Positions 13,620 through 26,739 of a DNA stretch of 64,000 nucleotides are shown one piece after another; the first letter of the stretch is position 1, and every line of letters starts with the position of its first letter. Source of the DNA: Chiloscyllium plagiosum (taxonomy: Eukaryota); NCBI RefSeq assembly GCF_004010195.1, contig NC_057723.1:16363718-16427717 (forward strand), read 5' to 3'. Both the position numbers and the translations under genes were made by a program. The notes beneath the pieces were generated by a model that did no database searches, was not told the origin of the DNA, and was given only the letters and a program-made list of their open reading frames with translations.

Positions 13620-14750
13620 TCCATTTAAGAAGCACCTTTAACATTACAAGACATTTCACAGGATTGCAAGCAAACAAATTTGGCAATTTTGCAAAATAAT
13701 AAGGTGGTGAAGATGGAGATTTTTAGAAAGAGAATTTGAGAGCTTGGGCCTAGGCTGCTAAAGGCATGGATACCAATGGGTGAATTAATTCTAATTGGAG
13801 ATATGCAAGACATCAGAGTTAAAGATGCTCTGAATGCAGTGAGGCTGAAGGGGATTACAGTCACATGAAGTGGAGGAAGTGACGGATGATACCATTAAGG
13901 AAGCTTGAGAAAGTTAAAACCACAGTATTGCTTAAACAGCAGACAATATTAGTGAGTGAGCCAAAGGGTGATGGGTAATGTGACATGGAGTAAATCAGGA
14001 TACAAGTCACAATGCTTTATATAGATATGAATTTATGAATGGTGCAAAATGGGGAGCCAAACTTTGGGAGTGCATAAAAGTAATCGAGTCATATATAAGC
14101 AAGGAATGAAAGAGGGCGTCTCAGCAGCAGATGAGCTGAGGTGAAGGCAGAGTCAGGAGATGTTGCAGAGTTGAATTTAATGTTATGATGAATCTGTGTT
14201 CAGAAGATGATCTCAGAGCCAGATATGACACCATTGTTAAGGTCTAGTTCAGCCCGAGATTGGTTCCATGAGGGGAAATAGAGTTTGTGGTTGGGGGACA
14301 GCAATTTCAGTCGGACAGAGAACAATGACTTCAATTTTCAAATCATTGGAGTTGAAGAAAATTTCTCCTCATTCTACTCTTGATATCTGACAAGCGGTAT
14401 GATAATTCAATGGCAGTTTAGAAGTCAACAGAATTAATGATGAGAGAGTATTGGTGTGATCGTACATGTTGAATCAGACACCTTGTTTTGATTGATGAGC
14501 ACCATTTAGCTTCAGGAAACAAGTAGGGAGGGCCAAGGCTAGACCTTCGGGAAAAGTCACTGCTAATAATATGGAAACAAAACTGGTGAGAAAAAACTAA
14601 GCCAAGCAATTGCAGATGATTGTCTGGCTATGTCTGGAATGATAAAAATAGAACCTATTGCATGCTAGTTGGAACCTAGCCAACCAAGTATTGGCTTCAG
14701 TGGAGAATGATTGGGTCAACCATATCAAAGGGAATTGATAATGCGAGGTG
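13620..14750 (-). mobile_element. Highly decayed L2-like LINE
   Basis: Purine-rich plus strand resembling the antisense of L2 ORF2 and tail; no intact motifs. Confidence 0.45.
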
Positions 14751-14819
14751 ATGGCATAGTGGCATTTTTGATGGATTAGTAATTCTGAAACCCAGCTCTT
14801 CGGTTCCAAGAACCAGATT

Positions 14820-15330
14820 CAAATCCAAAGATGTGCACAGTCAAGGTTGAGTGTGCATCTCCATAAATCTGCCCATTACAAATGCAGCCGTCCATGACAG
14901 AATCAGATGGAACAGCCACCACACAATCCTTGTGGAGACAAATTTCCGTCATCACATTGATAATACCCTGCATCGTGTTGTGGGACACTGTTGCTGTGCT
15001 AGATGAGGAATGGGTCCAGTGATACCACAAACAATGGATCAAATCTAAACTCTGCTGTCCAGCTACATCCAATCGTGAATGTGATGGACAACCAAATAAT
15101 AGTAGAGGCTCCACAAATATCTTCATCCTCAATAATGGGGACCCAGCACATCAGTGTAGTAGATAAAGCTGATGATTTTGAATTATATTAAAATAGAAAT
15201 TCAAAGTGAATGATCCATCTTAGCCTCCTCCTGACATCCCCAGCTTAACAGATGCCACTATTTGGCCAATTAGATTCACTCAATGTGATATCAAGAAACA
15301 GATGAAGATTAAGACACTGTAAATACTGTG
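14820..15330 (+). mobile_element. Second CR1-clade LINE family fragment
   Basis: ggctccacaaatatcttcatcctcaataatggggacccagca is shared with about 54545-54590. Confidence 0.6.
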
Positions 15331-15338
15331 GGCCCTTT

Positions 15339-15975
15339 GATGACACTATGGCATTAAGAGGTGTATTTCGTCTTTTTTTAAGAGGTTTTGAGTCATGAGT
15401 CATGAGTCAGTATCTGAGGAGCAGGAGAATTGACATTTTGGGTATAAGCTCTTCATCATGTATGAGTCCAGAGCTACCTCCTCCAATCTAACAGCTTATG
15501 AGGCCTTGGGTATTTGTTTAAAACATTCAAACAATAGAGGCAGTGTAAGTGAGTGGAGTCAGGCTTGGAACCATGGTTTTAGTTTTGGTTTCAATAGTTG
15601 CTGGGTTTTGAAGCTGATTATTGAATTGCTACACCTTTCTCTCCATTACACCTCAAAGCTTGAGTTTTCTTCCTGCTGCCAGAATTGTATTTGAGCCTAT
15701 CTGTTTTATTGAATTTGCCTTTGCCAAGGGTGTGTTTATGGGATGTTATGAAATTGAAACAGTTTCTGTTTAGTAGGTAAATAATCTATTATTCTGTTAG
15801 GCTTTCCAATACAGTTAAAGTTAGACCAATTCTTCTTTCTTTTATTTGTATTTTAACTATAGCATCAGAGCAAAGTGTGTGTTTTGCTTAAAGTAAAGCA
15901 TTGTAACCAATCAAATTACATTTGGACCACAGTACCTTACACTTACCTTTACATAAGAAAAAGGTAGGCTCTGGA
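15339..15975 (+). mobile_element. Probable solo LTR, interrupted by a PLE-end fragment at about 15410-15460
   Basis: TG start and LTR-like composition; no TSD or CA end confirmed. Confidence 0.4.
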
Positions 15976-18109
15976 ACGGCTCTGAAGAAGGGCCACTGGA
16001 CCTGAATGTGAACTCTGATTTCTCTCTACTGATGCTGCTCGGTCTGTGAGATTTTCCAGCAAATTTTATTTTTGTTTCAGACATTCAACAAGTTTTCTTA
16101 GACAGTACCTTCCAATTCCTCGACTACTTCCACGTAGATCTTCCAAATGAGACGCACTTGGACAAGGTATGGGGGAAAATAAGGGAGAAAAGTTCATGAG
16201 ATCAACACACTTAATGGAAGTGAGTGAGGAGGAGGCTGGGACAAGGGGTGAAAAAGACAATTTGCAGGAGAAAAATGAAGCTCAGGTTATCTTTGCAAAA
16301 CTGAACAGTTTTACTAAGGGAGAGTTGAACCTGTTATATGTTGCAGCATTTTGATGGATAGTGACTAAATTGGTCCCTGGGACTTAAGGGAATGAAGATG
16401 GTGACTATATCTGGCAAAATAACTAGGAATGAAAGAGGGTAATCATTTTAATGGGTATTTACAGTGTCGAAGGTATGACTGGTTTCTGAAGAAATGGTGT
16501 CATTTTTTCATGGTGAATGGACAGCAAGATGACTGAAATGTGCAGTTCTAAGTGATTTGGGATGGTGTTTTTTATTTGTCTGAGCAGTCAAGAAGGAAAT
16601 AGATTTGGGAGTCACAAGGAGGCTATAGGAGAAGAGATTTGCACGAAACTGGTCTGAAATGATGTGAGTTGTAATTTCATAAAATGGAAGCAGAGATAAT
16701 GTGTGAGAGGATAATTTCAAGGGAGCATCCAAATGTTGATGAGTTTATGTGGAGAAAGAGAATTAAGGTGAGGTCAAAAGCCCATGGACACCATGCATGA
16801 TGAGTTGAAATTGAAGTCAAAATTACCACAGATGGGAAATAGTTTGGTGCAAAATCAAGTGGAGAAAGCAGTGACAGTGTCTCAGTGTGAAAATTTGATG
16901 TGATGCTTGATTGGTTAGGCAAAAAGGAGAATTTTAAATGAGAGGAGAGAGGGTTAGAACAAAGTGAGATGCTCAGAAGAAAAGGTGGAGGTTTCCTTTG
17001 AGGCTAGTTGCCAGCATGGACTGGGTGGGCAAGATTGATAATCTGAATTTTTAAAATCTTTATTATCCTAATTTATTCCTATGCCTATAATGTTGGACTA
17101 TTTATTTCTTTGTTTTTCCTTTTTTGTTGTTTCCTAAGAATTTGATCTTAAGTATCTGACCAAGGGATCTTTGTACCTAAGATGGCGCTATAGTGCAGCA
17201 ACTGTAAACCTTTCACTGTATTCATTTGAGTACAAGTGACAATATAGCTAATTCAGTTCAAAAGGCTGCTTAAATGAGACAAAGGGAAGACTGTGAGTAG
17301 AAGGCAGTAGAATTGTTCTGCAATGCCTTTTCATGGTCCAAAAAATTTAAATAATTTTATACCATGCTGAACATAATTTATACCTGATCCACATGGAGAT
17401 AATGCTATTTAGGTCATATCAATATCCTACTTGGTTAAAATGTTTTATAATAAACAAGATGCAATGCATAATTAATAATGTTTAATATCATGCAGTAGGA
17501 TAAATATTTAATACTGCTGAATAAATGTTTAATATTCTTGATATATTTTATGATAAATATTTAATAGTTAATAACATTTAATCAAATGAACCACATAATG
17601 AAATACAGGGGCTTGCAGTTCACAAACACAGTTCCTCAAAACCATGGATCCTAACTGTGCAGTCATGAACCCCTGCTGACTGAGTGGAGACCAGTCACAA
17701 GAAGGCAGAAGGTAAGAGTGTCAGTCAGTAGTACTGATGAAGGGTCACTAGACCCAAAACATTGACTCTAATTGCTCTCCGCAGATGCTGCCAGACCTGC
17801 AGAGTATCTCCAACAATTTCTTCTTTTGTTTCAGTCATTTTTGCTAGTTTAAGCATACCTTCTAATAGATGAGACTAGCTACAAATCTATATCTTGCATT
17901 CCATATGTTATGCACACCATCAAACATTCCATCAGTCATCAACTGGAAGCATCAAGAATGAGATCTTTTCGAGTTCAACTATAATAAATCACAGAAATGA
18001 AACTCAGGCCTCAATATATATATATATATAATCTAGAGAAAAATAGCCACTGGTTGGCTTTGATTGCCACTGATTATATTATCAAGATTATATTATTATT
18101 GAGTTATCA

Positions 18110-18850
18110 TTGAATCCCAGCTAGAGGAAGGATGTTATGAAACTTGAAAAGGTTAAGGAAAGATTTACAAGGCTGTTGCCAGGGTTGGAGGGTTTGAGCT
18201 ATCGTGGCAGACTGAATAGGGTGGCACTATTTTCCCTGGAATGTCAGAGCTAAGGAGCGACCTTATAGAAGTTCATAAGATCATGACAGGCATGGAGAGT
18301 GTGAATAAATTCTTTTCTCCAGGATGGGGCAATCCAAAAATTGAAGGCACTGTTTGAAGGTGAGAGGTGAAAACTTTAAAAGGGACCTAAGGGGCAACGT
18401 TTTCAGGCAGATGGTGCTACATGTATGGAATAAGCTGCCAGAGGAAATGGTGGAAGCTGGCACAATTACAACATTTAAAAGGCACCTGGATGGGTATATG
18501 AATAAGAAGGGTTTAGAGGGATATCTGCTTAGTGTTGGTAAATGGGAATGCAGTCAGTTCTTCGATAACTCAATGCTTATGCACTTGTGCACGCGTGTTA
18601 CAGAAAAATCATGCTTCAGAAACAGCACTTGAAGTGTTGACAATGTAATCACATTACAACCAACACATTTTAAAAGGTCGTGCTGTAGATACGGTGTCCC
18701 CAATTCATCAATTATGTTGCAGTAAATTTGCGGTAACGAAATACACGTTATAACAGAATGACCCGGAGATTAATGTAGGATATGTGGTCGGCTAGATGAA
18801 TTGGGCCGAAGGGTCTGTTTCTGTGCTGTACAGCTTGATGACGCTGATTC
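18110..18850 (+). mobile_element. CR1/HER1 3' end interrupted by a MITE
   Basis: FKRDLRGNVFRQMVLHVWNKLPEEMVEAGTITTFKRHLD; 3' UTR split at 18550/18766. Confidence 0.9.
18551..18765. mobile_element. Short Tc1/mariner-type MITE
   Basis: Foreign 215-bp insert at the CR1 gggac-TA-gatt position; imperfect TIRs cagtcagttcttcgataac / gttataacagaatgacccg. Confidence 0.55.
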
Positions 18851-19269
18851 TAATTCACCCTTAGCACACTGGTTTCAGATACCAACTTTTTTTTTTCTGA
18901 TGGCCAGATGTATAATGGAATGGTGAAAAATGATGAAATAATGCTCCCTAAAAATCTGCTAACTTACTGTATCATTGCCTTTCAGTTCTTACAATACCTG
19001 TTATTTTCAAATATTAGCAGGAGGCTGGAAGAACACAGCAAGCCAGGAAGCATCAGGAGATGTGGGAGAAACGTCGACTTCTCCACCACTTGTGATGCCT
19101 GCCTTGCTGTGATCTTCCAGCCTCCTGCCTGTCTAATTTGGATTCCAGCATCTGCAGTTTTTATTTTGTCTCTATCCATTTGCAAATATCGACCAGACAC
19201 TTCAGCTCTCCACTTAGAATCATACAGCACAAAACGGCCATTTAGCCCATCAGCAAAAGGACAGACTGC

Positions 19270-21600
19270 TATCAAAAGGACAGACTGATGTGCAGAGGGG
19301 GTGAGATGGCCCTGTTGGTGAGGAATGATATTCAGTCCCTTGCAAGGAGGGACATAAAATCAGGAGATGTAGTGTCAGTATGGATACAGCTGAGAAATTC
19401 TAAAGGTTGAAAGACCCTAATAAGAGTTATCTACAGGCTCCCAAACAGTAGTCTGGATGTAGGGTGTAAGTTGAATAAGGAGTTGAATAAGGAGTTGAAA
19501 CTGGAATGTCGCAAAGGTATTACTACAGTTGTTATGGGGAATTGAAACATGCATATCAACTGGGAGAATCAGGATGGTACTGAACCCCAAGAAAGGGATT
19601 TGTGGAATGCCTCCGAAATGGATTCTTAGAAGAGCTTGTACTGGAGCCTACCAGGGAGATGGCAATTCTGGATCTGGTGTTGTGCATCGAACCGGATTTG
19701 ATCAGGGACCTCGAAGTAAAGGAGCCATTAGAGATCGTGACCATAATATGATAAGTTTTAGTCTGCAATTTGAGAGGGAGAATGGAGAATCAGAAGTGTC
19801 AGTATTGCAGTTGCACAAAGGGAACTATGGAGCTATGAGGGAGGAGCTGACCAAAGTTCAATGGTTCAATATCCAGCAGGGATGGCAGTGGAACAACAAT
19901 GGCAGGTATTTCTGGGTATAATGCAGAAGATGCAGGATCAGTTCATTCCAAAGAGGAAGAAGGACCTAGGGTAATGGATGAAATGAAGGGAATTTATATT
20001 AGACAGGAAATGGTGTTGGACAGACTGTTAGGTCTGGAGGCTGATAAGTCCCCAGGATCTGATGGCCTCCATCCCAAGGTACTTAAGGAGGTGGCTCTAG
20101 AAATTGTGGATGCATTTCTAATCATTTTCCAATGTTCTATAGATTCAGGATCAGTTCCTGTGGATTGGAGGGTGGCTAATGTTGTCCACTTTTCAAGAAA
20201 GGAGGGAGAGAGAAAACAGGGAATTATAGATCGGTTAGCCCTTTGTCAGTGGTGGGAAAGATGCTGGAGTCAATTATAAAAGATGAAATTACAACTTATT
20301 TGGCTAGTAGTAACAGGATAGGTTAGAGTCAGCATGGATTTACAAAGGGGAAATTGTGCTTGACTGATCTTCTGGAATTATTTGAGGATGTAACTATGAT
20401 GATGGACAAGGAAGAGCCAGTGGATGTAGTGCACCTGGACTTTCAGAAAGTCTTTTATAAAGTCCCACATAGGAGACTAGTAAGCAAAAATAGAGCACAT
20501 GGTATTGGGAGCAAAATATTGACTTGGATTGAAAATTAGCTGACTGATAGGAAGCAAAGAGTAGTGATAAATGGGTCCCTTTCGGAATGGCAGGCTGTGA
20601 CCAATGGGGTACCACAAGGTTCGGTGCTGGGACCGCAGCTGTTTACAATATACATTAATGATATAGATGAAGGTATTAAAAATAATATTAGCAAATTTGC
20701 TGATGACACAAAGCTGGGTGGCAGGGTGAAATGTGAGGAGGATATTATGAAAATACAGGGTGATTTGGACAGGCTAGGTAAGTGAACGGATGCATGGTTT
20801 AATGTGGATAAATGTGTGGTTATCCACTTTGGTGGCAAGAACAGGAAGGCAGAATACTATCTAAATGGAGGTAAAGGGGAAGTATAACAAGATCTAGGTG
20901 TTCTTGAACATCAGTCAATGAAAGCAAGCATGCAGGTACAGCCGGAAGTGAAGAAAGCTAATGGCATGCTGGCCTTCATAACCAGAGGAATTGAGTATAG
21001 GAGCAAATAGGTCCTTCTGTAGCTGTACAGGGCCCTGATGAGACTGCACCTGGAGTATTATGTGCAGTTTTGGTCTCCAAATTTGAGGAAGGACATTTTG
21101 GCTATTGAGGGAGTGCAGTGTAGGTTCACAAGATCAATTCCCGGAATGGTGGACTATCATATGATGAAAGATTGGTGCAACTGGGCTTGTATGCACTTGA
21201 GTTTAGAAGAATGAGAGGGGATCTGATTGAAATGTATAAGATTATTAAAGGATTGGACACTTAGGAGGCAGGAAGCATGTTTCTGCTGATGGGTGAGTCC
21301 AGAACCAAAAGGCACAGTTTAAAAATAAGGGGTAGGCCATTTATTTATCCTCAACAGAGTTGAGGAGAAACTTCTTCACCCAGAGAGTGGTGGATATACG
21401 GAATGCTCTGCTCCAGAAGGCAATGGAGGCCAAGTCTCTGGATACTTTCAAGAAAGAGATGGATAGAGCTCTTAAAGATAGTGGAATCAAGGGTTATGGG
21501 GATAAGGCAGGAACAGGTTACTAATTGTGGATGATTCACCAGAATGGTGGTGCTGGCTCGAAGGGCCGAATGACCTACTCCTGCACCTACTGTCTATTAT
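19270..21600 (+). mobile_element. CR1 LINE ORF2 (EN part, internal deletion near 19965, RT, 3' UTR)
   Basis: DKSPGSDGLHPKVLKEV, VDVVHLDFQK, NGVPQGSVLGPQLFTIYINDI...ISKFADDTKLGG; multiple stops and frameshifts. Confidence 0.92.
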
Positions 21601-21879
21601 CTATTGTCTATCCATAGGCCACCCCAATTGCCAATCTTTCTTCCTATTATCACAAATTGAAGATTTATATTTTCCTTTACAGACTGGCTCATTGTGTGCC
21701 CACAACAAATATCTCTATCCACGTATTGCCTTTTGCAATGGTACTTTTGCTGCACTTGTTCACTCTTCATTCACTATTTCTTTGCATGACTGATTAGTAG
21801 TTCCTCATTATTTTGGTCACCAGTCTCAACTTCAGCCCAGCATTTGTGCCTACTGTGTATGTGCTCTTATATTCAATAG

Positions 21880-22510
21880 GGATCTTCTGCAGAAAAACAA
21901 GAATTCATATTCTGAAGGGAGTCAAACATAATTTAAAAACAGTCAGACATTGAAATAAGTTGTATAGCATAAAATGTGAAGACATGGCCTAAATGACAGG
22001 GAAGAATAGAATAAGGGGGCTTGCTGCAGTGTTCCAACAAAATGTCAACGCAAGCTGGAGGAGCAAGACCTCATTTTCTGCTTTTGCACTTTTCAGTCTA
22101 TAGGACTCAGTGTTGACTTGAACAGCTTCAGAGTGCAACCTTAATCCTTCATTTTGATTACAAACTCACTCTCTCCACACCAATCTCTAGTTTGGATTTT
22201 GCTGGCTTTAGTACCTCAATAGAGCAGAATCATCTTCTCCTTTTTGCATTTAGTGTTGACACATATTTTACGTATCAATCTCTCTTTTGCCGTCATTAGC
22301 ACTCCCTTTGTCTTTTGCTGTGGGCACCCTGGTCATCCATCCTATCCGTTCCTCCTCCCTTGTTAACAGCATAAGATCTTTCATTTTCCAGCCCCTTTCA
22401 GTTCGAAAGAAGAGTCGCAATGGACTCAAAACGTTAACTCAATTTCTCTCTCTACACACGCACAGACCTGCTGAATTCCTCCAGCATTTTCTGTGTTTAT
22501 TTCAGATTTT
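21880..22510 (+). mobile_element. Old Penelope-like element 3' portion with decayed hammerhead
   Basis: About 22050-22130 encodes RKLEEQDLIFCFCTFQSIGLSVDLNSF (PLE GIY-YIG C-terminal motif); decayed hammerhead near 22402-22438. Confidence 0.65.
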
Positions 22511-22692
22511 TGCTTTTAATAGAAATGAGGGGATGGAGAAGAAAAGAAATAAAAGAGCCAGAAAAAAAGGGGAAGTCAAATTAACAAGTGAAGAGAAAAA
22601 TTAAAACAAAGAACACAAACGTTAAACTCCAGCGACCAGGTCAGAAGCCTTTGTCTGGGATTCCTTAAATAGACTAACACTAAGCTCTGCAG

Positions 22693-22937
22693 AGGTGCAC
22701 TCCATCTTTTTGTTACAGGGAAGATGCATTCTTCCCATTCTGAGGAAAGGTCACTGGACCCGAAACGTTAACTCTGATTTCTCTCCACAGATGCTTATAC
22801 TTGCAGAAATAACATTAATTCATTTATATCCCACAGGTGCATTCCATTTTTTTGTTACAGGGAAGATGCATTCTTCCCATTCTGAGGAAAGGTCACTGGA
22901 CCCGAAACGTTAACTCTGATTTCTCTCCACAGATGCT
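22693..22937 (+). repeat. Direct duplication (about 103 bp, period 142) carrying two hammerhead motifs
   Basis: 22693-22795 is nearly identical to 22835-22937; each contains tt-CTGAGGA-aa-GGTC-actg-GACC-c-GAA-ACGT-T-aa. Confidence 0.9.
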
Positions 22938-23193
22938 GCCAGACCTGCTGAGCTTTTCCAGAAATTGCTGGTTTTGTTTCTGATTTCCACTTCTCTCGGT
23001 TTTTACTGAGATGAGTTTATTCCCTTTCGTTTTTACTCCCTTCTTGCAGTCTTCGCTATGTAAAGTTGGCATTGTGATAGATTACCCAAAATAGCCAAAA
23101 CATTCTCTCCATTAAATCTTTATCAAGAGTGGACTGCCATCTTAAAAAGACGTGCCTTCAGAAACAGAAGACCCACCTGACTGTTTTCTTCAG

Positions 23194-23720
23194 CATAGAG
23201 TCATAGAGATGTACAACACGGAATCAGACCCTTCGGTCCAACCCGTCCATGCTGACCAGATATCCTAACTTAATCTAGTCTCACTTGTCAGCACCCAGCC
23301 CATATCCCTCCAAACGCTTCTTATTCATATATCCATCCAAATGCCTTTTAAATATAGCAATTGTACCAGCCTTCACCATTTCCTCTGACAGCTCATTCCA
23401 CACACATACCGCCCTCTGCGTGAAAAGGTTGCCCCTTAGGTCACTTTTATATCTTTCCCCTCTCACCCTAAACCTATGCCCTCGAGTTCTGGACTCCTCC
23501 ACCCCAGGGAAAAGACTTTGTCTATTTATCCTATCCATGCCCCTCATGATTTTATAAACCTCTATAAAGTCTCCCCTCAGCCTCTGTGCTTCAGGGAAAA
23601 CAGTCCCAGCCTATTCAACCTCCCCCTATAGCTCAAATCCTCCAACTCTGGCAATATCCTTGTAAATCTTTTCTGAACCCTTTCAAGTTTCACAACATCC
23701 TTCTGATGGGAAGGAGACAA
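23194..23720 (-). mobile_element. CR1/HER1 3' end
   Basis: LERVQKRFTRILPEL, RTRGHRFRVRGERYKSDLRGNLFTQR and CR1 tail. Confidence 0.9.
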
Positions 23721-25973
23721 AAGACGATTGCATACAGCTCCACTACACAAGAACACGTTGGAGCAGTCATCATTGAAGTGGTTTTTGAAAATGCTACAAC
23801 CATGCCTCATAAATGAAAATTAGGATAATGTTTGTGACTGTACACTTGAATGAGTAGGGCTTTACATCACCATAATGGTGGCAGTGCATTGCAAATTCCA
23901 ATTGTCAGAGTTACAGGCCTCTTGTGTAAACACACATGAAAGTTAAAAGGACAATGGCCTTGGGGGATAGATAATTAGGGTGGCAGAAAGGGTGGAAGAC
24001 AAACACAAACAACACACATATAAACAATGAATTTGCAAGCAGCAAAGTGGTTGCAAGAAAAAGTTACACAAATTATCTTTATTTTGTTTGCATGATCAGC
24101 ACCACAGGATATAAACTTATATTAAATATTTGATGTGCAGCATTAACAATTTATCATAGAGGAAACAACAATATCAATGAGTACTGACACTGACAGTAAG
24201 CCAAGAGCAGGCCATCTTCAGCTTTTCAATTAAATAAAGTGCATTGGAAATGAATGAGGAAGGGAACTAAAAGCACAAAAGACAATTTAACTCCTCTTTG
24301 CAAGGCACTCACTTATTGTAGTCTTTCAAAATTAATGAATTATTTTGGGGATCTGAGTTTTATCCTGGTTTAGATTTCAAGGTGATCACCACCTCTGCTG
24401 TGGTTTGACCCAGTGACCCTCCAATGACAACTCTCATGTCCCACCAGAAGCCTGGGCCCAGCAGAAATTCACATGAGAGATGACCACCATGACTGCTAAT
24501 TGATGTGGGTCTTGCCTCTAACAGGGTAATTGCACCTGATAAGTTACTCCCCATAGCATAAGAATTAGATATGGTACTGGATCATTCAAAAAACATTTAA
24601 TTCTGCTCTTGGTAAGTGTCTGAAATAAACCATTCAGTTACAAACAGCAGCATGCTTTCATGGATGGAATCTAAACCTTTATATATTCAGGTCACATGCT
24701 TTGATAGAGTGAATTCTCTTAAAGTTATACTGAATATGAACTGTGAGACATAACACAGGATTGGTCCCCTGTGGTATTTTCCTAGATGACCACAACTTCT
24801 CCTCTATGGTATTCTGACATCCCCACCAGTATGTGGTACTGAGTATGGGGTGTTTGAGATAGTTCATTGCCACCAATCCTCATTTGTCTTTGTTTTGTTT
24901 TGAGCCTATCTAGTGGTTAGTGGTAGAGGATACACCACCATAGAGTATCTACAGAAAGGCAGTAATCTTAGATGACAAAAAGCTTTATTGCATCATAGCA
25001 ATAAATACAACTCCATTTGGTCACACAGAATTACTCAGAACTTTGGAAACTACTACAGGTACATCTTTTCCCTCTGCAATCTAGAACTAGAACCCCCTCA
25101 TTTACCATCCACAGGCTGTGTGTGACCTCTGTAGAATGGGTGGAGTCGATGTAACATTGTACAATACCCCGATAATGATTGTGTAAAAGATGAATGAAGA
25201 TCCAGCCCCAATACAGCATTCCAGAAAGGCTGCTGCAGCTTGCAACTTTGCATTACCCTGGGACTGGCAGAAAATGTAGCCATTTTATGGCAGAGTCAAA
25301 ATAAGGAGAGCACACAATGGAAATGCCACATGTTGTTGGGCCAGAACTACTCTTTCTCTTTCCCAGGTGTAGACTGAGTTGCTGTGTATATTTCCAGAAA
25401 TGTTCCCTTTGCAATGTCACTTTTTGCCTTTGTTGTTTTTCCTATCTGTGTCATTTCTGTGGATGTTTGAACAGCCAACCTCGTTTCTGTGATTGGTTAA
25501 TGAAGTGGTTTCTTTACCAGAGGAACACAATTTAGAAGTTTCATAGATCAAACAGCAAGGTGGTTGTTTTTGGCTGGCACAGACATGATGGACCAAAGGG
25601 ACTTTTTCTATCCTTTGGTTTTTATGACTCCAAGAATCAATAGGATTCATTGCAAAGTGATACAACGCTATCACTGGCTGCTCCACTCTGCAATCTGTAA
25701 AATTATCACTGATAGATGTTTGTGCTAGAATTATACATTCAATAGAGGCTTAATTGAGTATGTGTTGAATGTAATAATATTCATTATTATAACTTCACCA
25801 ACGTGTCTGAAAACATGTCATCCTAAAATATTGCAACATCTGTGACATTATTTGTCATTTGGCATTTGCACTGACAAGTCTTCCATAAACCATTTGAAGA
25901 TATAACCAATGTACAAGATTATACCATAAAGAACATGATTAGACACAACAAAATTCGTCATTTTTACAATTTT

Positions 25974-25979
25974 TTTATT
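25974..25979 (-). terminator. Candidate GRXCR2 polyadenylation signal AATAAA
   Basis: AATAAA on the minus strand about 490 nt after the stop codon; position only, in AT-rich sequence. Confidence 0.25.
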
Positions 25980-26463
25980 TTATCACTAATGCAATCTTAA
26001 ACATAAAAACAATAGGACGATCACTCTGTTCCATTTACACATGCACCTTTATGTCATCAACTGGAATAATTAGCAATCCTCACTTTCTATCAATACTATC
26101 AACACCCCAGAGTTATATTGATAGATAGATAAACAGATCGAAAAAAAGTTAGATGGATATATATATATATAAACTGAGATGGAACTGCCTCTGGTCAGCG
26201 GAGGCCTATGTTTCAAAGTCCATTGTATAGACTGTTCCCTGTCCCTTGGCATCTTCAAGATGTCCATCCAGCTGCATCATAAAGGTTCATTGTTCCAACC
26301 ACAACCCAATGCCCCCTCCTCTGCTAACAGCGCATCATCCACACCCCACTCCTTGAATAAGTCTACACTTTCCAGCAAAGTTGTTTGTATGGAACTGCAT
26401 TTAAATTCATACGTAAATTCAGGTTGTATGATATTAAACAATATATTGTGAGTTTTAAGGCTT

Positions 26464-26643
26464 TCAATCAGCACAGCTCTGACATGGCTGCACTCCATTC
26501 TCATTACATCCTGGGCACCGTATGGCTCGGAATGACTCTTTGAATCGGTTGGCAAACATTGAGAGTTTGCTTCCATGGCACAAAGAGCAGGGTACAGATC
26601 CTGCCCCATCGCACTGCAGACATGTAGGCTCCAACCCACCTTC
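26464..26643 (-). CDS. GRXCR2: GRXCR2 coding exon 3 (Cys-rich C-terminus)
   Basis: Manual translation [59 protein letters not shown] has four CxxC motifs and matches GRXCR2 [32 protein letters not shown]. Acceptor tatttcag|; TGA at 26464-26466. Confidence 0.95.
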   Translation of the reverse strand, partial: [59 protein letters not shown]

Positions 26644-26739
26644 CTGAAATAGATTTAGGTCAGGAATTAGTCACAGACAGATATTTTGTTGCATACAGTT
26701 AACCTTTCAATATGTTTAAGTGCTTTGCACTTCTTCTTG

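Noticed and set aside
1-26000. PRELID2 exons expected from mammalian synteny
   Set aside because: Searched by eye for PRELID2-like peptides and found none; may lie outside the window. tBLASTn would be decisive.
26277-26639. 120-aa minus-strand ORF
   Set aside because: Wrong frame over GRXCR2 exon 3; the conserved Cys-rich peptide is in another frame.
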